Origin: an uncultured bacterium
GTDB taxonomy: Bacteria; Oederibacteriota; JAAXVQ01
Length of the DNA stretch: 64,000 nucleotides
Direction: 5' to 3'
Assembly (NCBI GenBank): GCA_964593065.1
Contig: CAZQGO010000009.1
Coordinates: forward strand, 20,702-84,701
Below, in pieces: positions 46,003 to 54,000 of the stretch. The stretch's first letter is position 1. Every line of letters starts with the position of its first letter. A program made the position numbers and the translations under genes. The notes under the pieces are model-generated. The model worked only from the letters and a program-made list of their open reading frames with translations, had not been told where the DNA came from and did no database searches.

Positions 46003-46884
46003 TCAGCGGATCTTAATTTTGATCTCCACGGATTCCCCGACCCGAAGCCGGTGTCCGTCGGGCGGGATCAATGTCACCTTGACCGGGACACGCTGCACGA
46101 GTTTGGTGAAATTGCCCGAGGGGTTGTCCGCCGGGATGAGCGCGAACTGGGAGGCGGTTGCCGCCCGGATTTCGGCGACCCGGCCGGAATAGGTTCCGCC
46201 CGCATCCACATGAACCGTGACCGGTTGCCCGATCTTCAGGAGCCCGATGCTGGTTTCTTCGATATTGGCGGACACCCAGGCGTGGTCGATATCCGTGACC
46301 CATACGGCGGTTTGACCCGGATCCAGCATGTCGCCCACCTCCGTGCTTCTTTGGATCACCACGCCGTCCAGGGGGCTGCGCAAATAGGTGTTGTCCAGGG
46401 CGATCTCCGCCAGTTTGGCATCGGCTGCCATGGTTTGAAAATTCGCGCGCGCGGCATCCAGTTGCTGCGGCGAAATCCCGTTCCCGGCGGCCATCTGTTC
46501 CATGCGTTTGAACTCCTTGGCGGCCAGCTCCAGCCGGGCCTGCGCCCGCTGTAACTGGGCCTGGGCGGAACGGTGATCCAATTCCACCAAAACGTCGCCG
46601 CGGCGTACCCGGTCGCCTTCCGTCACCTTGATGCTCACCACCATGCCGCCCGCGCCCGGCGGCGCCACTTGCACCGTGGTGGCGGCGATGCGCGCGTCGT
46701 TGGTGCTGAGATAGGGCCGGAAAAAAAGAAACCAGCCCAGAAAAACCAGCAGGCCCACGCCAATGACAATCAGCCCCATGGTTTTGGCGCGGGGATGTCG
46801 CCACCATTTCACGCGCGAGGAGGCCGGCGTGTGCGGCTGAGACGGAGGCGACGGGGAATGGACGGTTTTGTTTTTGATAGCCAT
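46003..46884 (-). CDS. HlyD/EmrA-family periplasmic adaptor
   Basis: STNDA, LRSPLDG, SQFALIPADNPSGNFTKLVQRVPV. Confidence 0.93.
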   Translation of the reverse strand: MAIKNKTVHSPSPPSQPHTPASSRVKWWRHPRAKTMGLIVIGVGLLVFLGWFLFFRPYLSTNDARIAATTVQVAPPGAGGMVVSIKVTEGDRVRRGDVLVELDHRSAQAQLQRAQARLELAAKEFKRMEQMAAGNGISPQQLDAARANFQTMAADAKLAEIALDNTYLRSPLDGVVIQRSTEVGDMLDPGQTAVWVTDIDHAWVSANIEETSIGLLKIGQPVTVHVDAGGTYSGRVAEIRAATASQFALIPADNPSGNFTKLVQRVPVKVTLIPPDGHRLRVGESVEIKIKIR

Positions 46885-46887
46885 GAG

Positions 46888-47349
46888 CTATTCCTTTTCC
46901 TGATCAGCCCGAAAACCGGCCAGGATTTTGTCCAACAATTGAATCAGGGATACCGATTCCCGGGCATTCAGCGAACCGCTGAAGCGTTTTTCCAAACGCC
47001 TGAACAACACGCCGATTTTCTTGGCCAGGGTTTTCCCGCGCGGGGTCACCCGGAGTTCCCAGCACCGCCGGTCCCGGGGGTCGTCATGCTGCGCGATCCA
47101 GCCCTGTTTGAGCAGGGTGTTGAGCGCGCGGCTGATGGCGGCCGGGTCGCTGTTCGTGAACCGGGACAACTGCGCATGCGAGCTTTTACCCTGCCGGGCC
47201 AGGTAGAATATCAGAAACGCCTGTTTCAGGCCGATGCCGAAGGGCTTGAGATCCCGCGAAGCCGAAAGATTGATCGCCCGGCGGATCTGCCAAAATTTCT
47301 CGAAGGCCCGGGAGCCCACGGATGTCCTATTTGTTGACGTATCAATCAT
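46888..47349 (-). CDS. MarR-family transcriptional regulator
   Basis: DPAAISRALNTL..GWI..DPRDRR..VTPRG; start uncertain (47349, 47355 or 47367). Confidence 0.9.
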   Translation of the reverse strand: MIDTSTNRTSVGSRAFEKFWQIRRAINLSASRDLKPFGIGLKQAFLIFYLARQGKSSHAQLSRFTNSDPAAISRALNTLLKQGWIAQHDDPRDRRCWELRVTPRGKTLAKKIGVLFRRLEKRFSGSLNARESVSLIQLLDKILAGFRADQEKE

Positions 47350-47360
47350 GGACATATCAA
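47334..47360. promoter_or_regulatory. Putative tandem MarR operator boxes
   Basis: TTGA-CGTA-TCAA (47334-47345) and TGGA-CATA-TCAA (47349-47360) overlapping the marR start; minus-strand TTGACG at 47386-47381. Confidence 0.55.
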
Positions 47361-47451
47361 ATAACACGGCGGCCCGGTATCGTCAAGCATAAAAATACGC
47401 CGGGGGCGTCACCGGGGGCGGAACCCTGCCGCCGGTCCGGGAGACCGGGGG

Positions 47452-47490
47452 AGGCGATGGCGCGTATGCGAATCCCGTTGGGGACGCCAG
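47452..47490 (+). repeat. Degenerate direct repeat of the tRNA-Glu 3' end (att-like copy 3)
   Basis: CGAATCCCGTTGGGGACGCCAG (47469-47490) identical to 41202-41223, preceded by AGGCGATG. Confidence 0.85.
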
Positions 47491-47714
47491 TTTTTCGCTT
47501 CAATACCATTATTTCCGTGTATGATAGCTATGAGGATAGCCCTTCAATATTGATAGGAGATACAAAATATTCTTCAAACAAAACAGAAAAGAGAGTATTC
47601 ATTACGCGCAACGAATAAGGAGAAGGAGCGCACATGCTGCATTTTGATGATATTTCTATCAAATAAAGAGCGAATATTCTGAATGGATATTCCTGAGCAA
47701 GAAGTGGATATGTT

Positions 47715-49850
47715 ATGAAACAGCCTGCTTTTTATACTGTAAATAAAACGGGTATCATTTCAAACACGGCTTTCGCCATGGCTTTTTTGTGGGTTATGGT
47801 TGCGATTATTGGGATTCCGGGACGGGCCCGAGGATTTTTTCAAACCTCGGGCCAAAATATTATGGATAACGACAATAACCCATTTTTAGTCCGCGGTATT
47901 AATTTAAGTGGTTGGCTTATTCCAGAAGCATATATATTACGAATTGACAGAGTCCACAATCGTCACCTTAACAATCCATCAGATATCAGGAACAGGATTA
48001 AGCAAATACTGATTCAGGAAGAGGATATTCAAACCTTCTGGGAGACTTATCATTGTAACTTTGTGACTCAGTCAGATATCGCTGACTTTAAAGTTCAAGG
48101 CTTCAATACCGTGAGGGTGCCTTTTAATTACCGCCTGCTAAGCCCACAAGATACTCCCGGTGTATATGATGAAGCGGGATTCCTTAAGTTGGATGAGATT
48201 ATCGGCTGGTGCAAAAGTCAGGGGCTTGCGGTTATCTTGGATATGCACGCCTGCCCGGGCGGCCAATCTTATGCGCCGCATTCGGACCCGGAATATTCCT
48301 ATTGGTACTGGGATAATTCCAAAGGAAATTGGTATGAACGGGGTGTGGCGGTTTTATGGGAAAACAATCCGGAATATTTTCAAGCCACGGGTCGCACTCC
48401 GGCATTCCACAAACAAAGAACCGCGGATATCTGGCGGAAGATTGCCGAACGCTATAAGGATGAGACTGCCATTCTGGGGTACGAACTAATCAATGAACCG
48501 TATTTTTACGAGAGTGCCGGCGTGACCTATGCGGATATGCGCAATCTATTTATTCAAATCAGTTCGGCAATACGCCAAGTTGATAGTAATCATATCATTA
48601 TTGTTGAAGGGAATTTATTCGCAACCTCGCTGGAAGGATTGACTCCGCCTTGGGAGGAGAATCTGGTTTTAGCTTTTCACAGGTATTGGACCAGCACGGG
48701 ACTGGATGCAAATATGCAAAACTATATCGATGCCCGGGAGCAGAATAATGTCCCTTTGTTACTCACCGAGACCGGGGAGAATTCCCATCCCTGGTATTTC
48801 GAATTTAAACAACTCTTGGAAAATAATAATATCGGTTGGTGTTGGTGGGGTTTTAAAAAAGTAGACACTCTCACCGCGGCTTATTCAGTTGCCATCACCC
48901 AGGATTATCAGTATGTAATCGACAATTTCCGGGATAGCCCTATCCGGCAAGACCAGGCTAAAAAAGGTTTAATGGATTTGGCCAATCACTTGGCCACGAA
49001 TCAGTGTACCTATTTCCCCGGATATTACGCTTCTTTATTGGATGAGCAATTCGGTACTATCGCTAAACCGTATCAGGCCAATTCTGTGCCGGGAATTATT
49101 TATTTTGCTGATTATGATATGGGGAATCAGGGCCTGGCTTATTATGACACCTTCTATAAACTCACTGAATATAGCGGCGGAGGCACTGAATTTGAATGGA
49201 ATGCGGGGGGCGCTTATCGTAATGACGGTGTAGATATCTGGAAAGTCGCAGCCGGCAATGGTTATGCAGTGGGCGGTACTGAAAATGGGGAATGGCTGCG
49301 CTATACGATCAACGTCACTCAGAAGGGCAATTATGATGTAACTTTAAGTGCGGCCAACCCTGGCAATGCGCAGATGCAAATCTATTTAGATGGAAGTCCA
49401 CTCACCGCGATATTCAATCTGCCTCAAACCAACAGTTGGGAGGAATGGCGAAGTTTCAAGATATCAAATTTATTGATCTTAACAGGAACCCATGCTTTAG
49501 AAACGCGGATCATAAAGGGGGATGCACGTCTGGCTGCCATGCAATTTTCGTTAGGCCCTCCCCCGGCTGATGATTCTTCCGAAGAAGTGGAAGATACCAT
49601 CGCCTTCCCGAATCCGGCTCGAGATCATGTTACTTTCGCCTGGCACCATTCTGCAACTGAAGTCAAAATTGATATTTTCAATATTTCCGGCGAGCAGGTC
49701 ATGCGAATTAGAGAGGTGCCGGCAGATGGACATAGAACGACTTGTGATCTAACCACGGTAGCGCCAGGGATTTACATTTATAAAATTACAGTTTTCACTC
49801 CAAACCGAAAGATTGTTTATACTCCCGGGAAAGTTGCCATTATCAAATAA
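47715..49850 (+). CDS. Secreted GH5 glycoside hydrolase with CBM6/35-like module and T9SS-type-A-like C-terminal domain
   Basis: RGINLSGWL, FNTVRVPF, LDMHACPG, YELINEP (acid/base), LTETGE (nucleophile); GEWLRYTINV; AFPNP..IDIFNISGE..APGIYIY. Confidence 0.9.
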   Translation: MKQPAFYTVNKTGIISNTAFAMAFLWVMVAIIGIPGRARGFFQTSGQNIMDNDNNPFLVRGINLSGWLIPEAYILRIDRVHNRHLNNPSDIRNRIKQILIQEEDIQTFWETYHCNFVTQSDIADFKVQGFNTVRVPFNYRLLSPQDTPGVYDEAGFLKLDEIIGWCKSQGLAVILDMHACPGGQSYAPHSDPEYSYWYWDNSKGNWYERGVAVLWENNPEYFQATGRTPAFHKQRTADIWRKIAERYKDETAILGYELINEPYFYESAGVTYADMRNLFIQISSAIRQVDSNHIIIVEGNLFATSLEGLTPPWEENLVLAFHRYWTSTGLDANMQNYIDAREQNNVPLLLTETGENSHPWYFEFKQLLENNNIGWCWWGFKKVDTLTAAYSVAITQDYQYVIDNFRDSPIRQDQAKKGLMDLANHLATNQCTYFPGYYASLLDEQFGTIAKPYQANSVPGIIYFADYDMGNQGLAYYDTFYKLTEYSGGGTEFEWNAGGAYRNDGVDIWKVAAGNGYAVGGTENGEWLRYTINVTQKGNYDVTLSAANPGNAQMQIYLDGSPLTAIFNLPQTNSWEEWRSFKISNLLILTGTHALETRIIKGDARLAAMQFSLGPPPADDSSEEVEDTIAFPNPARDHVTFAWHHSATEVKIDIFNISGEQVMRIREVPADGHRTTCDLTTVAPGIYIYKITVFTPNRKIVYTPGKVAIIK

Positions 49851-49966
49851 AATTTAAAGCCAGATGGATAAAAAAATGCCGGCACCTATAGAGTGGTATT
49901 TCGATGATGCTGCGACTGTGAAATCTCGCGGATAAAAAGGTATTTTGAATTTGCTAAAAATATTCC

Positions 49967-49996
49967 TTGACAAGTCTTTCGCCGTTGTGGTTTAAT
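49967..49996 (+). promoter_or_regulatory. Promoter of the cold-shock gene (long 5' UTR follows)
   Basis: TTGACA-18 nt-TTTAAT; about 125 nt leader before the ATG. Confidence 0.6.
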
Positions 49997-50126
49997 CTTG
50001 CCAAAGCAACACATAGTAAATAAGGGAAAAGAAATCTTTAACCGCGAGGGGTAAGAGAATCATCCCTGGCGGTTTTCATTTTTTTGCCATTATTTACTCA
50101 TTCAGCAGGAAAGGAGGTTCTCAATA

Positions 50127-50327
50127 ATGGCAAACGGAACAGTGAAATGGTTCAATGCGAGCAAAGGCTTCGGCTTCATCTCCCTGGAAAACGGCAAAGA
50201 TGTCTTCGTGCATCACAGCGAAATTCAGGGCAGCGGCTACAAGTCCCTCGATGAGGGGCAGAAAGTCACCTGCGAAGTCAAGGACGGCCCCAAAGGACAG
50301 CAAGCGGTCAACGTCGTGAAACTGTAA
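50127..50327 (+). CDS. Cold-shock protein (CspA family)
   Basis: GTVKWFN..KGFGFI, DVFVHHS; RBS AGGAGG. Confidence 0.97.
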   Translation: MANGTVKWFNASKGFGFISLENGKDVFVHHSEIQGSGYKSLDEGQKVTCEVKDGPKGQQAVNVVKL

Positions 50328-50358
50328 TCTTTGGCGCACGCATAGACTGTTAAACATC

Positions 50359-50388
50359 AAGGCCCGGCGTTACCGCCGGGCCTTTTTG
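50359..50388 (+). terminator. Rho-independent terminator
   Basis: AAGGCCCGGCG-TTAC-CGCCGGGCCTT followed by Ts. Confidence 0.85.
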
Positions 50389-50563
50389 TTTTCCGGGGCC
50401 ACAGGGTATCCGCCCCTCCAGCCGGCGGCCTTGCGGGCCGTTCTCCCGGCGGTTCAAGTTTTGCTTGGCGTTCCTCTCCCCGGGCGATACAATGATGTCT
50501 GGTTTTTTTCACGGGCGTTGCGACCCGGGAACCGATCCTGCCCTGACGGGAGTGTGATGCACA

Positions 50564-51157
50564 ATGCGTAAGGCGAGCCTGATGCTGTTGCTGGCGCTGG
50601 GACTGGGAACCTACGCGGCCCTGGCGGCCCCGGAGCGGCCGCCGGCGCCGGGGCGGAATGCCGTGTGGGAGCAGGCCTACACCATGCCGAACGGCGTTGT
50701 GGTCAAAGGCTTTTGGCGGCCCAAATCAAAACCCGGGTTCATCTGGTCACCGGGTTTTTTAGACGGGGAATGGCGCTATATCCCCGGCCATTGGCGTCCG
50801 GTGAAACCGGGAAGGCCCGGATATGTCTGGGTGCCCGGGTTTTGGCTGGAAGACCGTTGGTACGAGGGGCATTGGCGTCCGGACCGGCGGGAAAAGTTCG
50901 CTTGGATTCCGGGACATTGGGACCAGCAAGGGCAGTGGACCTTCGGTCATTGGCAGCCTGAAATGGCGTCCGCAGCGGGCCAAGCCTGGGTACCGGGGCA
51001 CTGGCAGGGCGAAACCTGGGTGGAGGGTTTTTGGCGGCCGGTCGCGAAAAAGGGGTATGCGTGGCGGCCTGGGCATTATATCCGGGAAGGCCAATGGGCG
51101 GAGGGCCGCTGGGAAAAAATGAAAGCCAACCCCAAGGAAAAAAAACGCCGCTGGTAA
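50564..51157 (+). CDS. Secreted WxxGxW (YXWGXW) repeat protein
   Basis: Signal peptide (AYAALA-like end); about 5.5 units of ~26 aa with WxPGxW..WxxGxWRP. Confidence 0.85.
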   Translation: MRKASLMLLLALGLGTYAALAAPERPPAPGRNAVWEQAYTMPNGVVVKGFWRPKSKPGFIWSPGFLDGEWRYIPGHWRPVKPGRPGYVWVPGFWLEDRWYEGHWRPDRREKFAWIPGHWDQQGQWTFGHWQPEMASAAGQAWVPGHWQGETWVEGFWRPVAKKGYAWRPGHYIREGQWAEGRWEKMKANPKEKKRRW

Positions 51158-51181
51158 GTCCGGGCGGGTAAAGGAACTTCC

Positions 51182-53311
51182 ATGCAAAATATTTTTTTCA
51201 ATGCCCAGCATGCCCCCTTGGGTGCTTACGCCACGTTCACGCTGGGGTACCGTGGAGCCTCGGGAGGGTTGGGATTCGAGCTGGCCCGTCCGGCTGACCA
51301 AAACATCTACCTCGGGCTCGAAACGGAAAAACCCTTCCTCTTCGAAGCCTTGCCGTTTTTCGCCGAAAGCGAGAACGACCGGGCGCGCTTCGCGGATCCG
51401 GATCCCGAAGGCCCTCCCCGCGCCAGGATCAGGAGTTTTGCGCCCGAAGAAATTCAACGGGAGTTTCATGCCTGCACGGACGTGTGGCGCGCCGGGGACC
51501 TGACCTTCAGCGTGTATACGCCCCTGCACGCGCTGCCCGATCCGGACCTGGCTCCGGAAGGAGAGTTGAAAAAAGCGCTCGTCCCGGCCGTGTTCGCCGA
51601 ATTGGTGGTGGACAACCGCCGGAGCCGGCGGCCGCGCCGGGCCTTTTTCGGATTCCAAGGCTCCGATCCCCACACCTCCATGCGGCGGCTGGCAGACTCC
51701 AGCCCGGGCAGGATCGTCGGCGTGGCCCAAGGCCGCCACACCGGCCTCGCGGCCGCCGATCCGAAGGTTCAGGCGGGTTTGGCTTTCTCCCTGGAAGAGC
51801 TGCTCGGCCCGAATGCCGAGGAAAATTTCCATTTCGGGCTGGGCACGCACGGCGCGCTGGTCATGCGGGTCGAGCCGGGGGAGCAGCGGAGTTTCCGCTT
51901 TGTCCTGAGCTTTTACCGGGGGGGCTGGGTGACCTCCGGAATCGACGCGTGCTACTATTACACCCGCTTCTTCCGCGACCTGGAAGACGTGGCCGGTTTC
52001 GGCCTGCAGCGGTTCGAAAAATACAAGGCGGCGGCCGTGACGGCCGACCGCGAACTGGAGCAGGCCGGATTGTCCTCGGAGCAGTATTTCATGCTGGCCC
52101 TGGCGGTGCGAAGCTACTACGCCAACAGCGAACTGCTCGATTTTGCCGGCCGGCCCTTCTGGATCGTCAACGAGGGCGAATACCGCATGCTGAACACGCT
52201 GGATTTGACCGTGGACCACGTTTTCTTCGAGCTGCGCTATCATCCCTGGACCGTGCGCAATGTTCTGGACCGTTATGCCGAGCGCTACGCCTACCGCGAT
52301 CAGGTCCGTTGGCCGGGGGAAGAACGCCTCCATCCGGGCGGCTTGAGCTTCACCCACGACATGGGCGTGGCCAACACCGTAACCCGGCCCGGCACCTCGG
52401 CCTATGAGCGTTTCGGGACGGACGGATGTTTTTCCTTCATGACGCACGAGGAATTGCTGAACTGGATTCTGTGCGCGGCGATGTATTACGAACAAACGCA
52501 GGACGGCGACTGGCTCCGGGGAAAAAGGGCTCTCCTGCTGGAAGCGCTGGAAAGCCTGGTGCGGCGAGATCATTACGATCCGGCGGCACGCGACGGAGTG
52601 ATGAGCCTGGACAGCGCCTTAACCCGCGGGCGGGGCGAGATCACCACTTACGACAGCCACGATGCCTCCCTGAAACAAGCCCGCCACAATTTATACTTAG
52701 CGGTAAAGACCTGGGCCGGATATGTGGTGCTGGAATGGCTCTTGGGAGTGCTGGAAGAGGGCAGGGCGGCGCAAGGCGCCGGCGAGCAGGCAGACCGCTG
52801 CGCCCGGACCGTAACCGCCCAGGCCGGGCCGGGGGGGGCGTTGCCGGCCATTTTGGCCTTGGACGGGGAAGCCGCGGACGATGCCAGAATCATCCCGGCC
52901 GCGGAAGGACTGCTCATCCCCTACCTCACGCCCTGCCGCAGCCTGATGACCGGCACCGGACGCTTCGCATTCCTGGTGACGGCGCTGAAAAACCATCTCC
53001 AGGCAGTCCTGGTTCCCGGCGTATGCCTGCTGGCGGACGGCGGCTGGAAGATCTCCTCCTCGTTTGAGAATACCTGGCTTTCCAAAACCTATTTATGCCA
53101 GTACATCGCCAGAGAAATCCTGGGTCTGCCCTGGGGCGAGACGGGTGCTGCCGCCGACCGCGCTCATGTCTCGTGGCTGCTCAACCCCGAAACCGCCTAC
53201 TGGGCCTGGTGCGATCAGATGGTCGCTGGCGCGGCCAAAGCCGCCCGGTATTATCCACGCGGCGTGACCAGCTTCCTGTGGCTGGAGGAAACCCGGCGGC
53301 CCGCGGGATGA
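51182..53311 (+). CDS. GH52 beta-xylosidase
   Basis: FFNAQHAPLGAYATFTLG, VNEGEYRM, SFTHDMGV, EITTYDS, YYPRGVTS. Confidence 0.92.
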   Translation: MQNIFFNAQHAPLGAYATFTLGYRGASGGLGFELARPADQNIYLGLETEKPFLFEALPFFAESENDRARFADPDPEGPPRARIRSFAPEEIQREFHACTDVWRAGDLTFSVYTPLHALPDPDLAPEGELKKALVPAVFAELVVDNRRSRRPRRAFFGFQGSDPHTSMRRLADSSPGRIVGVAQGRHTGLAAADPKVQAGLAFSLEELLGPNAEENFHFGLGTHGALVMRVEPGEQRSFRFVLSFYRGGWVTSGIDACYYYTRFFRDLEDVAGFGLQRFEKYKAAAVTADRELEQAGLSSEQYFMLALAVRSYYANSELLDFAGRPFWIVNEGEYRMLNTLDLTVDHVFFELRYHPWTVRNVLDRYAERYAYRDQVRWPGEERLHPGGLSFTHDMGVANTVTRPGTSAYERFGTDGCFSFMTHEELLNWILCAAMYYEQTQDGDWLRGKRALLLEALESLVRRDHYDPAARDGVMSLDSALTRGRGEITTYDSHDASLKQARHNLYLAVKTWAGYVVLEWLLGVLEEGRAAQGAGEQADRCARTVTAQAGPGGALPAILALDGEAADDARIIPAAEGLLIPYLTPCRSLMTGTGRFAFLVTALKNHLQAVLVPGVCLLADGGWKISSSFENTWLSKTYLCQYIAREILGLPWGETGAAADRAHVSWLLNPETAYWAWCDQMVAGAAKAARYYPRGVTSFLWLEETRRPAG

Positions 53312-53868
53312 ATTTCCGGGAGCGTGTGAACGCGCCGGCCTGCGGAGCGTCCGGAAGCGCAGGTCGGCCTCCTTATATACAGCTCCGCTGCAGCGTGCGG
53401 GATTTCCAGTCCGGCATTCCGGCAAGACGGAAGCCGAGTCTCGTTCGATTGCGGATGCCTCCGGATTATCTTCAAGCGCATCGTCGGACCACTCCCAATC
53501 CCAAGCGCGGAATTCCTAGGCAGAGGGAAGCCGCCGCCGCGTCAGAATCGGAAAAAAGAAAAATTCCCACGCTGTAAGCCGCGAGTTTTTCTTCGGGATT
53601 CAGACTATCCATCCTCCAAAAGATAAAAAGGCCGGTGATTAAAAAAAACACTGCAACACCGGTATGCAAAAAAATAAATATTTTCAGAAACGGTCCGGGG
53701 ATCGCGGCATAAAATCCCAAGAAAACCGCCATTATTGAAAATGGCTCACCGGCGGAATAAATTAAAATCAATTTGGAATATATCTACAATATTACTTACA
53801 TATAATTTGCCATTTAACGTTACAATTACTGTTTTTTACAGAACTAAAAATATGTTTCAATTTGCATC

Positions 53869-53940
53869 GTGGTATATTAACCTATTAAAAAATAGAATTA
53901 TTTATTTATTTGAAATCAAAATATTCATGTGGTATACTAA
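53869..53940 (+). promoter_or_regulatory. Tandem promoters upstream of giant gene 2
   Basis: TTGAAA(53910)-17 nt-TATACT(53933) with extended TG; a second GTGGTATATTAA exactly 60 bp upstream; very AT-rich. Confidence 0.7.
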
Positions 53941-54000
53941 AAATTGAAAATAGAAAATCTCCTTAATTCCTAGCATTCTCAGCTATGAGGTGGAGGAATA

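Larger units (their letters stand above)
41410..47489. mobile_element. Integrase-less genomic islet at tRNA-Glu
   Basis: Bounded by tRNA 3'-end repeats (41374-41409 and 47452-47490); AT-rich left part; cargo of HEPN-like, GIY-YIG and efflux genes. Confidence 0.7.

Noticed and set aside
53472-53771. 99-aa hydrophobic minus-strand ORF (and 70-aa ORF 53735..53947)
   Set aside because: No RBS or motif; hydrophobicity is explained by T-rich intergenic composition; cannot be supported as genes.
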